From assembly GCA_965203295.1 (NCBI GenBank), contig CBDBCZ010000009.1, positions 224,001 to 288,000 on the forward strand: a stretch of 64,000 nt of DNA. Direction: 5' to 3'. Numbering within the stretch: the stretch's first letter is position 1; each line of letters opens with the position of its first letter. The notes beneath the pieces were generated by a model. That model made no database searches. It worked only from the letters and a program-made list of their open reading frames with translations, and had not been told where the DNA came from. Of the stretch, positions 48,481 through 62,813 are shown piece after piece. The position numbers were made by a program, and so were the translations under genes. This stretch comes from Nitrospirales bacterium. Its GTDB lineage: Bacteria; Nitrospirota; Nitrospiria; Nitrospirales; UBA8639.

Positions 48481-51400
48481 ATGTGCAAGCTATGGGGAAA
48501 TCAATACAGGCGGCAAACCATCTCTGTGTGAAGATTCATCCTTTCCATTTATGTGCTTTAAAACCCGGCGACACACAAATCTCTATTAGTAGTATTCTTT
48601 TACTGACCACTTCATGTATTGACAATTTCTTGTACGTAGAACGTAACTGAAGTGCAAGTTCTGATCATGTTAGAGTGCCACAAAGTTTAATATCCATTAC
48701 TATAGTAATTGTATTGACAGTATAATTGAAGCCACAAGTGGAAACTGGTTATAGTACACGAAGTGCTAGTCAACATTCCACAGTCTACATACATACATTA
48801 TGCTTTTGGTAGAAGTAGTATAGTAGTGCCATGTATGGGAAAGTATTGAAGCTGTAAAAGCGCTGTTATGGGGAATGGATATTACGTAATTTGCAGATGT
48901 TATCTGACTGTAGGTAGATCTCAGCTGATTCCATAGTTTACTTCCGGGAATGTCTAAGGCAGCAGGGTCTGCCTCCAGGAGGAAGGCCAGATGTTGGAGT
49001 ACGCTAACTGCTTCAAGTTCTATGCAGGTGCACACCATTCCGAGCAATTCCCTCCAATTAGTAGCTGCTAGGCTTTGCACGGATGGATCTATGTAAGTCA
49101 AGTAGTCAAGAATCTTTGACAATACAAATGGTTCTATCGACAGGTTGGGAGTGGGTTCGAGAATAAGCTCGTCCTGAGCACATACATGGCGGTCTGTGAG
49201 CAGTTTCTTTAGGCCCGGCACCTTCAGGAAGGCCAGCTTGTTGGTACATAAACTTCGAGAAGCCACCTTGATAACGATAGGCTCAAACTGAAGAGCAATA
49301 AATAAGCTTATAGTGTTTGCATCTACAGCACTGGAAGTGCAGTTATGTCAGACTGTACATAATTACTGAGAACTGTTGGCAACTAAAGCCTCTAGCAAAC
49401 TTGTTACTTCGGATTCAGTACTACTTAGGCCTTAGTATGTAAATTTTACCTTTTCAATGGCAATTGTACTGTCCATGGCTACACATCCAACATCAGGCTC
49501 TGACATGACAACAGCTCAGTACATTGCAGCTCTGTTTCTCAAACGCGTGCCTGTTTGGAATTTCCCATTACATGCTTCATGAAGAGTCTGTAAATCATGA
49601 GAGGATAATGGCCAGACATGTGGCAACTGCTTCTGTGTGCATTTACAGCAGTGCTACGGTCAAGGCAGGCAATCCTAGAGTGGATTACTCCCTGATGCTG
49701 GTTTAGGAGTCTTTTTGCCAGTGTTTTGTAGAATAGCTACGTACATGTGGAATCATCAGAAGAGCAAACACGACTTGTTCCTTTTGCAGCCCCACATTGG
49801 GACATGAGGTGAGGGGTTTGTTGACTAGCACTCTCCGACCTTGAGATGAACTGGTGGACTTGAGGAGGGAGTCAGATAGCAGTGTTATACACACTAAACA
49901 TTGTACCATGCTTTCTGAACTTTGTTTTTCCAATTAGTCACATTAATTGCCGTACCTTCGGTTTCTGTTTTCGGAGAGTTTCCATTCTCTTCTTCTCTTC
50001 TTACCACTGTAACACCTCTCCCTCATATATATGTATGGGGTGTTTGAGGCTTAGCCTAGTGCTAGTGCTAGTGCTAGTGGTTGCAGATAGGGAGTAGGTG
50101 AATTCTTTGGGATATCGCTGTTGTACAGGTTCCTTTGGCTTTCTTTGAGGGAAGCTCATAACTTCATTAATGTTGCATTTGGATAACAAGAGGAAGCCAC
50201 CTCTGTAAATGCATACATGTGTATGTGCAAGCTGTGGGGAAACCAATACAGGCGGCAAACCATCTCTGTAATTACATACATAAAAATGTGCAAGCAATAG
50301 GTAATGAAAACAGGAAGCAAAACCTCTCTGCGTGATTTAACTTTTCTTTACAGGAAAGAGAAGGCTGAGAATAGCAAAACAAAGACAGACCAGCAAGTAC
50401 ACCATAATGCAGTGCTTAGAATGGGAGTATCCCAGTATAACATAAGTGCACCAATGATTACCTATTGTGCCCTTCAACAATTTCAGCTTCAGATTGTAGC
50501 CACAAATACCTCTCTTCTTATGCTGTATCACCACATTCAAACAGTGGGACGCTTAGATGGCGGAGGGAGGGGGCATTCTCCAGTTCCCTTTACGCAAAGC
50601 ACAGTGTGAAGATTCATCCTTTCCATTTATGTGCTTTAAAACCTGGCAACACACAAATCTCTATTAGTAGTATTCTTTTACTGACCACTTCATGTATTGA
50701 CAATTTCTTGTGCGTGTATAAGTGAGCAGTTCAATTGTGTGACCAGCTTTTGACAGCAACTATGTCAGAGAAATGCAGCCATGTGTGTGCATTTAATGCC
50801 AATATTTCCGTCATCCATCACACAAAGGAGCAGTATGTCACAATGTTGTACTTATGCCCAACAAAGCATGCACCTCCTTATTCGAACAATAGATTACATG
50901 TAACGCTACATTCTCACTTTAAACAAAATCTTTCGTTGCTACAGTGGCTAAACGCACGCTCACCAACTGAGGACTGGGGGTGGAAGCAACGCTACGTAGA
51001 TCTGATAGCTCCTCCACAGACATGGCCTACCCTAATATGGCGGAAACTGGAGGACAGAATGGTGGTAACATAGCACCTAAAACGAGCCAAGAAAAACAAG
51101 ATGTTAAACTTAACCCCATAGTATAAACACACACTAACTAACCAAACACACATCAGAACCAGTTGCCAGTGGTGCGTGCTCATCAGGTGGGGTTGATGCA
51201 GTGCTGCGAAGGTCCAACGATCCCACTGAAGTGGTGGCAGGTACTGATGAGGCGGAAACCTGGAGAAAAAAAAAGACTGAAAGTAGAGGTGGAATGTATT
51301 CAGAACAGCAAGCTGTACGTCTGATCTTGCAGCCACATATGCTAATTTTTGAGAGGATAATGGCCAGACATGTGGCAACTGCTTCTGTGTGCATTTACAG

Positions 51401-54400
51401 CAGTGCTACGGTCAAGGCAGGCAATCCTAGAGTGGATTACTCCCTGATGCTGGTTTAGGAGTCTTTTTGCCAGTGTTTTGTAGAATAGCTACGTACATCA
51501 GAAGAGCAAACACAGCTTGTTCCTTTTGCAGCCCCACTTTGGGACATAAGCTGAGGGGCTTGTTGACTAGCACTCTCCGACCTTGAAATGAACTGGTGGA
51601 CTTGAGGAGGGAGTCAGATAGCAGTGTTATACACACTAAACACTGTACCATGCTTTCTGAACTTTGTTTTTCCAATTAGTCACATTAATTGCCGTACCTT
51701 CGGTTTCTGTTTTCGGAGAGTTTCCATTCTTCTCTTCTCTTCTTACTACACCTCTCCCTCATATATGGGGTGTTTGAGGCTCAGCCTAGTGCTAGTGCTA
51801 GTGCTAGTGGTTGCAGATAGGGAGTAGGTGAATTCTTTGGGAGAGGAGGATTTAGTATCGTATAGGTTCCTTTGACTTTTTTTTGCAGAGACCTTATCTG
51901 GCATTTTCTGTTCTTAGTCTAACTTCAAGAATTTCCCAGGGAGTGCCCCATTGCAGGCTTTCATGAGGAATCCAGAAACCATGAGAGCACAATGGCCAGC
52001 CTTGGACGTCTTGGCTGCATTTACAGCAGTGTTCTCTTAACGGTCAAGGCAGGCAATCTTACTCCATGAAGCTGGTTTAGGAGTCTTCTGCCAGTGTTTT
52101 GTTACATAGCAGTACATGTGGAAGCAAACATGGCTTCTTCATGGTTCCTTATTGCAGTGGACATAAGCTGAGGGGGATTATGGGGTTTGTTGACTAGCAC
52201 TCTCCAACCTTGAAATGAACTGGTGGACTTGAGGAGGGAGTCAGATAGCAGTGTTATACACACTAAACATTGTACCATGCTTTCTGAACTTTGTTTTTCC
52301 AATTAGTCACAATAATTGCCGTACCTTCAGTTTTTGTTTTCGGAGAGTTTCCATTCTTCTCTTCTCTTCTTACTACACCTCTCCTTCATATGCAGTGTTT
52401 GAGGCTTAGCCTAGTGCTAGTGTTAGTGCTAGTGGTTGCAGATGGGGAGTACAGTAGGTGAATTCTTTGGGAGAGGAGGATTTAGTATCGTACAGGTTCC
52501 TTTGACTTTTTTTTGTGGAGACCTTATCTGGCATTTTCTGTTCTGAGTCTAACTTCAAGAATTTCCCAGGGAGTGCCCCATTGCATGCTTTCATGAGGAA
52601 TCCGGAAACCATGAGAGCACAATGGCCAGCCTTGGACGTCTTGGCTGCATTTACAGCAGTGCTCTCTTAACGGTCAAGGCAGGCAATCTTACTCCATGAA
52701 GCTGGTTTAGGAGTCTTCTGCCAGTGTTTTGTTACATAGCAGTTCATGTGGAAGCAAACATGGCTTCTTCATGGTTCCTTATTGCAGTGGACATAAGCTG
52801 AGGGGGATTATGGGGTTTGTTGACTAGCACTCTCCAACCTTGAGATAAACTGGAGGACTTGAAGAGGGAGTCAGATATCAGTGTTGTACACACTAACCAC
52901 TGTTCCATGCTTTCTGAACTTTGTTTTTCCGATTAGTCTCATTAATTGCCGTACCTTCGGTTTCTGTTTTCGGAGAGTTTCCATTCTTCTCTTCTCTTCT
53001 CTTCTTACTACACCTCTCCTTCATATGGGGTGTTTGAGGCTTAGCCTAGTGCTAGTAGTTGCAGATAGGGAGTAGGTGAATTCTTTGGGGGTGGATAATT
53101 ACAGGTTCCTTTGGCTTTCTTTGGGGAAGTTTATCTCACTCATTTACTGTGCTGAGTCTAGCTTCATTAATGTTGTGAATTTATCAGGAGGCAAATCATC
53201 TTTGTAAATGCATACATAAAAATGTGCAAGCAATAGGTAGTAAAAACAGGAAGCAAAACTCTGTGCGTGATACGTCTACTCAACCTGGAAAACCCATACT
53301 TTCTTGTTTTTACATCTGGCAATGGGACCACCACATTTGCTGCTTACCAAGGAATAATTTGCGGAGGTGGTGGAGGCGGCAGCTGAGAAATGGGGTCCAT
53401 TTTCAAAGGCCTAAATGTTGGTGGCATGTCCTTGAAGTTAACTTCTCTGGTCGGATCTTCTACAGCAAAGAGAAGGCTGAGAGTAGGAATAACAAAAGTC
53501 GGACCAGCAAATACATTACAATGTAGTTTTAGAATGGGAGTATCCCAGTATAACATACGTAAGTGCACCAATGGTCAACTCTTGTGCCCTTCAACAGTTT
53601 CAGTGTCAGAGAGGAGCCACAAATACATCTCTCCTTTCACTGTAGCACCACATTCAAGCAGGGGGACGCTTAGATGGCGGAGGGAGGGGGGCATTCTCCA
53701 GTTCCCTTTACGCAAAGCACAGTGTGAAGATTCATCTTTTCCATTTGTGACATTGCTTTAAAACCCTCCGAAATCACTATTAGTAGTATTCTTTCACTAA
53801 GCACTTCATGTATTGACAATTTCTTGTACATAGAACTTACCTAATGTGCAAGTTCTGATCATGTTAGTGCCACAAAGTGTAATATCCTTTACTATAGTAA
53901 TTCCATAAGTGGAAACTGGTTATAGTACACGAAGTGCTAGTCAACATTCCACAGTCTACATGCCTACATTATGCTTTTGGTAGAAGTAGTATAGTAGTAC
54001 CATGTATGGCAAAGTATTGAAGCTGTAAAAGCACTGTTACGGGTAATGGATATTGATGTTACCTGACAATAGATTGCAGCCAATTTCGTAGTTTATCTCT
54101 GGGAATGTCAACGGCTACAGGGTCTACCTCCAGGAGGACGGCCAGATCTTGGAGTACTCTAACTGCTTCAAGTACAAAGCAAGTGTACACCATCAAACAA
54201 TTCCCTCCAATTAGTAGTTGCTAGGCTTTGCACCGATGGATCTATGTAAGTCAAGTAGTCAAGAATCTTTGGCAATACAAATGGTTCCATCGATAAGTCA
54301 GGAGTGGGTTCAAGAATAAGCTCGTCCTAAGCACATACACGGTGGTCTACGAGCAGTTTCTTTAGGCCCGGTACCTTTAGGAAGGCCAGCCTGTTGGTGC

Positions 54401-54806
54401 ATAAACTTCGAGAACCCACCTTGATAACGATAGGCTCAAACTGAAGAGCAATAAATATGCTTGCAGTGTTTGCATCTACTGCACTGAAAGTGCAGCAGTT
54501 ATATCAGACTGTACCTAATTACTGAGAACTGTTGGCAACTAAACGTCTCCAGCAAACTTGAATGAACGTATCTTCGGATTCAGTACTACTCAGGCCTGTG
54601 TATGTAAATTTTTTCCTTTTCAATGGCGATTTGAACTGTCTATGGCTACACATCCAACCAACATCAGGCTCTGACATGACGACAGCACAGTACATTCAGC
54701 TCTAATTCTCCAACACGTGCCTGTTTATAGAGTTTTCCATTACAGCCTTTCATGAGGAGTTTGTAAATGATCATTTACAGCAATGCTACGGTTGTTTTTC
54801 CAATTA

Positions 54807-55349
54807 CCGTAGACTCGGGTTATCAAGCGCATGCGCTAGTGGGGACAATAGCAAAAATATATGCGCTACATAATGAAGTGCGCCACATAGCGAGGGTTAA
54901 AGGTTGACCACGCCTAGTTTTTCATGGCGTCATCGCGGCAAAGTTACGGTAGCTAGCCATGCTGTTACCGGTAGCAGATTACCAACTACCGATATGGGAT
55001 CGCAGTTTATCAAAGCGGTCGGTGATGTAACTCGGCAGAGAGCGGTTGGAGATGAAAAGCAGCAGAGAGCGGTCTGAGATGAGAGCGTGCTCGAATGAGG
55101 ATCGGTGCATGTTTGCTCCCTCTATAGGCCTTTGACCTAGCTAGCTAGCAACTTGATGACTTGGCAGTTGCAATGTGATCCCTAGAAAGTTATCCTCTCA
55201 CTTAGCTAGCTGCTAGCAGTCTCCGTTCGATTTTATGTGCAGTTGCTCCACTCCATATTACGTTTAATTGGAACATGCGCCTCTTAACGAGGTTTTTGCG
55301 GCGTATGTGCGCTACATAACGAAGTGCGCCTGATAACCCGAGTCTACGG
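54807..55349. mobile_element. pogo-type MITE, 543 bp
   Basis: TIR CCGTAGACTCGGGTTATCA; TA duplicated (54805-54806, 55350-55351); empty site CCAATTAGTCAC at ~60124. Confidence 0.93.
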
Positions 55350-58300
55350 TAGTCACATTAATTGCCGCATCTTTAGCTTGTTTTCGGAGAGTTTCCATTC
55401 TCCTCTTCTCTTCTTACTACCCCTCTTCTTCATATGGGGTGTTTGAGGCTTAGCCTAGTGCTAGGGGTTGCAGATGGGGAGTAGGCACATGCTGACATGT
55501 GGCAACTGCTTCTTTGTGCATTTACAGCAGTGCTACGGTCAAGGCAGGCAATCCTAGAGTGGATTACTCCATGAAGCTGGTGTAGGAGTCTTCCGCCAGC
55601 GTTTTGTACATGTGGAATCATCAGAAGAGCAAACACGGCTTGTTCCTTTTGTAGTCCCACTTTGGGGCATAAGGTGAGGGGTTTGATGACTAGCACTCTC
55701 CAACCTTGAAATGAACTGGTGGACTTGAGGAGGGAGTCAGATAGCATTGTTATACACACTAAACACTGTACCATGCTTTCTGAACTTTGTTTTTCCAATT
55801 TGTCACAATAATTGCCGTACCTTCGGTTTCTGTTTTCGGAGAGTTTCCATTCTCCTCTTCTCTTCTTACTACACCTCTCCTTCATATGTATGGGGTGTTT
55901 GAGGCTCAGCCTAGTGCTAGTGATAGTGATAGTGGTTGCAGAAAGGGAGTAGGTGAATTCTTTGGGGTATTGTTGTACAGGTTCCTTTGGCTTTCTCTGA
56001 GGGAAGCTCATAACTTCTCATTAATGTTGCATTTGGATAACAAGAGGAGGCCACCTCTGTAAATACATACATATGTATGTGCAAGCTGTGGGGAAACCAA
56101 TACAGGCGGCAAACCATCTCTGTAATTACATACATAAAAATGTGCAAGCAATAGGTAATGAAAACAGGAAGCAAAACCTCTCTGCGTGATTTAACTTTTC
56201 TGGTCGGATCCTCTACAGCAAAGAGAAGGCTGAGAACATGCCATAAGTACGCCAATGATCAGCTATTGCACCCTTCAACAATTTCAGCTTCAGATAGTAG
56301 CAACAAATACATCTCTCCTTTCACTGTATCACCACATTCAAGCAGGGGGACGCTGACAATTTCTTGTACGTAGAACGTAACTGAAATGCAAGTTCTGATC
56401 ATGTTAGAGTGCCACAAAGTTTAATACCCATTACTATAGTAATTGTATTGACAGTATAATTGAAGCCACAAGTGGAAACTGGTTATAGTACACGAAGTGC
56501 TAGTCAACATTCCACAGTCTACATACGTACATTATGCTTTTGGTAGAAGTAGTATAGTAGTGCCATGTATGGGAAAGTACATGTATTGAAGCTGTAAAAG
56601 CGCTGTTATGGGGAATGGATATTACGTAGATCTCAGCTGATTCCATAGTTTACCTCCGGGAATGTCTAAGGTTGCAGGGTCTGCCTCCAGGAGGAGGGCC
56701 AGATGTTGGAGTACGCTAACTGCTTCAAGTTCAATGCAGGTGCACACCATTCCGAGCGATTTCCTCCGATTAGTAGCTGCTAGGCTGTGCACGGATGGAT
56801 CTGTGTAAGTCAAGTAGTCAAGAATCTTTGACAATACAAATGGTTCTATCGACAGGTTGAGAGTGGGTTCGAGAATAAGCTCGTCCTGATCACATACATG
56901 GCGGTCTGTGAGCAGTTTCTTTAGGCCTGGCACCTTTAGGGAGGCCAGCTTGTTGGTGCATAAACTTCGAGAAGCCACCTTGATAACGATAGGCTCAAAC
57001 TGAAGAGCAATAAATAAGCTTATAGTGTTTGCATCTACAGCTGTACTGGAAGTGCAGTTATGTCAGACTGTACCTAATTATTGGGCAAGTAGAAGTCTCC
57101 AGCAAACTTGAATGAACGTCACTTCGGATTCAGTACTACTCAGGCCTTTGTATGTAAATTTTACCTTTTCAATGGCAATTGTACTGTCCATGGCTACACA
57201 TCCAACATCAGGCTCTGACATGACAACAGCACAGCTCTGTCTCTCAAACACGTGCCTGTTTGGAATTTCCCATTACATGCTTCATTAGGAGACTGTAAAT
57301 CATGAGAGGATAATGGCCAGACATGTGGCACTGCTTCTGTGTGCATTTACAGCAGTGCTACGGTCAAGGCAGGCAATCCTAGAGTGGATTACTCCATGAA
57401 GCTGGTTTAGGAGTTTTCCGCCAGTGTTTTGTAGAATAGCTACGTACATGTGGAATCATCAGAAGAGCAAGCACGGCTTGTTCCTTTTTGCAGCCCCACA
57501 TTGGGACATAAGGTGAGGGGTTTGTTGACTAGCACTCTCCCAACCTTGAGATAAACTGGTGGACTTGAAGAGGGAGTCAGATATCAGTGTTGTACACACT
57601 AAACACTGTTCCATGCTTTCTGAACTTTGTTTTTCTGACTAGTCTCATTAATTGCCGTACCTTCGGTTTCTGTTTTCGGAGAGTTTCCATTCTCCTCTTC
57701 TCTTCTTACTACACCTCTCCTTCATATGCAGTGTTTGAGGCTCAGCCTAGTGCTAGTGATAGTGCTAGTGGTTGCAGATAGGGAGTAGGTGAATTCTTTG
57801 GGAGAGGAGGATTTAGTATCGTACAGGTTCCTTTGACTTTTTTTTGCGGAGACCTTATCTGGCATTTTCTGTTCTGAGTCTAACTTCAAGAATTTCCCAG
57901 GGAGTGCCCCATTGCAGGCTTTCATGAGGAATCCGGAAACCATGAGAGCACAATGGCCAGCCTTGGACGTCATTTACAGCAGTGTTCTCTTAACGGTCAA
58001 GGCAGGCAATCTTACTCCATGAAGCTGGTTTAGGAGTCTTCTGCCAGTGTTTTGTTACATAGCAGTACATGTGGAAGCAAACATGGCTTCTTCATGGTTC
58101 CTTATTGCAGTGGACATAAGCTGAGGGGGATTATGGGGTTTGTTGACTAGCACTCTCCCAACCTTGAGATAAACTGGTGGACTTGAAGAGGGAATTAGAT
58201 AGCAGTGTTGTACACACTAAACATTGTTCCATGCTTTCTGAACTTTGTTTTTCCGATTAGTCTCATTAATTGCCGTACCTTCAGTTTCTGTTTTCGGAGA

Positions 58301-61156
58301 GTTTCCATTCTTCTCTTCTCTTCTTACTACACCTCTCCTTCACATGTATGGGGTGTTTGAGGCTCAGCCTAGTGCTAGTAGTTGCAGATAAGGAGTAGGT
58401 GAATTCTTTGGGGAGGAGGATTTAGTATCGTACAGGTTCCTTTGGCTTTCTGTGGGGAAGTTCATCTCACTCATTTACTGTGCTGAGTCTAGCTTCATTA
58501 ATGTAAATTTAACAGGAGGTAACCATCTCTGTAATTACATACATACAAGCAATAGGTAGTAAAAACAGGAGGCAAACCTTCTCTGCGTGATACATCTACT
58601 TAACCTGGAAAACCCATACTTTCTTGTTTTCACATCTGGCAATGGGACCACCACATTTGCTGCAGGAATAATTTGCGGAGGTGGTGGAGGCGGCAGCTGA
58701 GGAATGGGGTCCATTTTCAAAGCCCTAAATGTTGGTGGCAGGTCCTTGAAGTTAACTTCTCTGGTCGGATCTTCTACAGCAAAGAGAAGGCTGAGAGTGG
58801 GAATAACAAAAGACGGACCAGCAAATACATTACAATGTAGTTTTAGAATGGGAGTATCCCAGTATAACATACGTAAGTGCACCAATGGTCAACTCTTGTG
58901 CCCTTCAACAATTTCAGCTTCAGATAGTAGCCACAAATACATCTCTTCTTTCACTGTATCACCACATTCAAGCAGGGGGATGCTTAGATGGCGGAGGGGG
59001 GGAGGGGTCATTCTCCAGTTCCCTTTACGCAAAGCACGTTGTGAAGATTCATCTTTTCCATTTATGACATTGCTTTGAAACCCTCCGAAATCACTATTAG
59101 TAGTATTCTTTCACTGACCACTTCATGTATTGACAATTTCTTGTACGTAGAACTTACCTAATGTGCAAGTTCTGATCATGTTAGAGTGCTACAAAGTTTA
59201 ATATCCTTTGCTATAGTAATTCCATAAGTGGAAACTGGTTATAGTACACGAAGTGCAGTCAACATTCCACAGTCTACATGCCTACATTATGCTTTTGGTA
59301 GAAGTAGTATAGCAGTACCATGTATGGCAAAGTATTGAAGCTGTAAAAGCACTGTTACGGGTAATGGATATTGATGTTACCTGACAATAGATTGCAGCCA
59401 GTTTCGTAGTTTATCTCTGGGAATGTCAAAGGCTGCAGGGTCTACCTCCAGGAGGAGGGCCAGATCTTGGAGTACTCTAACTGCTTCAAGTACGTACTAA
59501 GCAAGTGTACACCATCAAACAATTCCCTCCAATTAGTAGTTGCTAGGCTTTGTACAGGTGAATCTGTGTAGGTCAAGTAGCCAAGAACCTTTAGCAGTAC
59601 AAATGGTTCTATCAATAGCTTGACAGTGGGTTCGAGAATAAGCTCGTCCTGATCACATACATGGCGGTCTGTGAGCAGTTTCTTTAGGCCCGGCACCTTC
59701 AGGAAGGCCAGCCTGTTGGTGCATAAACTTCGAGAACCCACCTTGATGACAATAGGCTAAAATTGAAGAGCAATAAATATACTTACAGTGTTTGCATCTA
59801 CTGCACTGAAAGTGCAGCAGTTATATCAGACTGTACCTAATTATTGAGAACTGTTGGCAACTAAAAGTCTCCAGCAAACTTGAATGAACGTCACTTCGGA
59901 TTCAGTACTACTCAGGCCTTAGTATGTAAATTTTACCTTTTCAATGGCAATTGTACTGTCCATGGCTACACATCCGATGTCAGGCTCTGGCATGACAACC
60001 GCACGGTACAGGCAGCTACATTCAGCTCTAATTCTCAAACACGTGCCTGTTTGGAGTTTTCCATTACAGGCTTTCATGAGGAGTCTGTAAATTATCATTT
60101 ACAGCAGTGCTACAGTTGTTTTTCCAATTAGTCACATTAATTGCCGCAGCTTTAGTTTCTCTTTTCGGAGAGTTTCCATTCTCCTCTTCTCTTCTTACTA
60201 CCCCTCTTCTTCATATGGGGTGTTTGAGGCTTAGCCTAGTGCTAGTGGTTGCAGATAGGGAATAGGCACATGCTGACATGTGGCACTGCTTCTTTGTGCA
60301 TTTACAGCAGTGCTACGGTCAAGGCAGGCAATCCTAGAGTGGATTACTCCCCGAAGCTGGTTTAGGAGTCTTCCGCCAGTGTTTTGTAGAATAGATACAT
60401 GTGGAATCATCAGAAAGGCAAACACGACTTGTTCCTTTTTGCAGCCCCACTTTGGGGCATAAGGTGAGGGGTTTGTTGACTAGCACTCTCCAACCTTGAA
60501 ATGAACTGGTGGACTTGAGGAGGGAGTCAGATAGCATTGTTATACACACTAAACACTGTACCATGCTTTCTGAACTATTGTTTTTCCAATTAGTCACATT
60601 AATTACCGTACCTTCGGTTTCTGTTTTCGGAGAGTTTCCATTCTCCTCTTCTCTTCTTACTACACCTCTCCTTCATATGCAGTGTTTGAGGCTTAGCCTA
60701 GTGCTAGTGCTAGTGCTAGTGGTTGCAGATAGGGAGTAGGTGAATTCTTTGGGGGTGGATAATTACCATGGTACAGGTTCCTTTGACTTTTTTTGCGGAG
60801 ACCTTATCTGGCATTTTCTGTTCTGAGTCTAACTTCAAGAATTTCCCAAGGAGTGCCCCATTGCAGGCTTTCATGAGGAATCCAGAAACCATGAGAGCAC
60901 AATGGCCAGCCTTGGACATCTTGGCTACATTTACAGCAGTGTTCTCTTAACGGTCAAGGCAGGCAATCTTATTCCATGAAGATGTGGAATCATCAGAAGG
61001 CTTCTTCATGGTTCCTTATTGCAGCAGACATAAGCTGAGGGGGATTATGGGGTTGATGATTAGCACGCTCCAACCCTGAGGGGGGATTCAGATACCAGCG
61101 TTGTACACACGCTAAACATTTACACCGTGCTCTCTAAAGTTGGCTTTTCCGACCAA

Positions 61157-61804
61157 CCCTTTGAGCGTGGTACTTGATTATTCATAACTTCTGCGTCACA
61201 CGGAAGTCAATTAAATTTTTGTCTACGTTGCATGTGTTCGCAGTTTTGTAGAGTTGTACGTAGGCTATTTTTCGTGCTGAATGGCAACACTGGAAGCCAG
61301 GTGGTGTAAAACTATCGTTGTTTAGTGTATAGCTGGTGTGCTAAAGTCTCTACTATTGCAGAAGAGTGAATACAAATGGCAGCACTAAAGCTAACCTTGG
61401 TAGTCACCATTTTCATGTGTCTGTCCCCTCAACTACAGTGGTGAGTCACTTCATGCCAGTTCTGTTGCTAAGTGCTGGATCTGGCCTCGTGCTCTGACTG
61501 CAGCCATACTCAGCGTTTTTGGCTTCAAAAGCCTTTTAGATGTTAACCGTGCCTTTGCCGTGTACTTACTGTGCTACACAGCTAAGCGTCTGGTCGGTGC
61601 TTCGAACGACTTGTGGCGGGGGCGGAGCTTTAGATCGATTGCTAAAGACCGTAGGGTTATCCCCCTAAAGCGTCATGCGTGCCATTAAATTGGAAGGGTC
61701 TGACCCGTAGCACTGATTAGGCGAGCGTATATTTACGCTCGCCATAATACGCGGAAGTAATTTCGAGCGTATATATAAGCTCGCCGTGTTCACTGTTCAG
61801 AGGG
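61157..61804. mobile_element. piggyBac-like MITE
   Basis: Ends CCCTTTGAGCGTG / CACTGTTCAGAGGG; interrupts module B near its TTAA; TSDs degenerate. Confidence 0.6.
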
Positions 61805-62294
61805 TAAATTACCGCACCTCTTTTCAGAGAGTTTCCATTCTCCTCTTCTTTTCTCCTTGCTACACCTCTCCTTCACATGGGGTGTTTGATCGCTATTTTT
61901 TATTTGTTATCACTAAACTAAGAATAGGGATCATTCAGTAAATATATATATCCCTTTAAACACTAATTTAAAATTGGAATTTTTGATTGTGGGCTTTTTT
62001 TTAAATATAACTTCTTAGTTCGCTATTCGAATCCCACCACACACTGCTTTTATAGCAAGTTTTCCATAGCTACTGTAATCCTCCAAGTATTCCGTTAGAT
62101 AGATAGATAGATAGATAGAAATTTTAATTTGTCAGTCAGGAATGCCACATCTACACAAAGTGAAGGTTTTCATGCGGGTCCTGGATACAAGAAAAGAGCA
62201 AAAGTCGGGGGAGAAAAAAAAAAAAAAAAAATCAGTAAGCATCACATAGGATGAAGGACACTCAATCTCACAGTGCTTCGCAAAACCTCTGGCG

Positions 62295-62516
62295 CTATAC
62301 CATTTCATAGTACTGCTCGTGGACAGCTGCTGTGTGGCTCATCTGTTTCGTTATGAGCTTCACTTCTTGACTTGTGGAACACTGCAGGGTAGCTGCTGTG
62401 CTTCCGATCTTTCGCACCCTGGTGGCTGTGAATGGGCTGGTCCAAGTTGCATTTCTATGCGTGCTATGAAAGTAACACGCATTCAGAGACATGCATTCGT
62501 CACTGCACAGGCACAA
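62295..62516 (-). pseudogene. Tyrosine-recombinase-like C-terminal fragment
   Basis: TATRVRKIGST..LITKQMSHTAAVHEQYYE fits the xxRK..MxH....H..YY end of YR domains. Confidence 0.45.
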
Positions 62517-62813
62517 GATGTGGTGTATACAAACAGCTTGCTTGGCTCTTTTAGTCGAGATTCTAGCAGAACAAACGTTGCTACAGCTAAAAAAGAAAGG
62601 ATGGTAAGTAACTCCCTCTGATAGCTTTGAAAAACTAGTTGTCTAAATTTGAGTTCAATATATTTTGCTGGTATACAACAGACGAAAACACTGTCGCACA
62701 TTAGTTGTCGAAGTCTGTATTGATTCTGTAGTGGTGTCACTGATGGCATAGTCTATCAGTTTCTCGGCTAGACTGCTCTGCAGATGAGTCATAACCACCA
62801 AAGGTGCTGATCA

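Larger units (their letters stand above)
46440..61890. repeat. Higher-order tandem array of a ~630-bp module (B) and a ~1.1-kb module (A)
   Basis: B anchor CATTTACAGCA at 46551, 47193, 49640, 51392, 52018, 52648, 54772, 55519, 57344, 57971, 60096, 60299, 60928; A blocks at ~48.5-49.6, 53.7-54.8, 56.4-57.3 and 59.0-60.1 kb. Confidence 0.95.

Noticed and set aside
46440..61890. CRISPR-like or spacer-acquiring array
   Set aside because: Units are ~630-bp diverged duplicates with no unique spacers and no cas-like genes; context is eukaryotic
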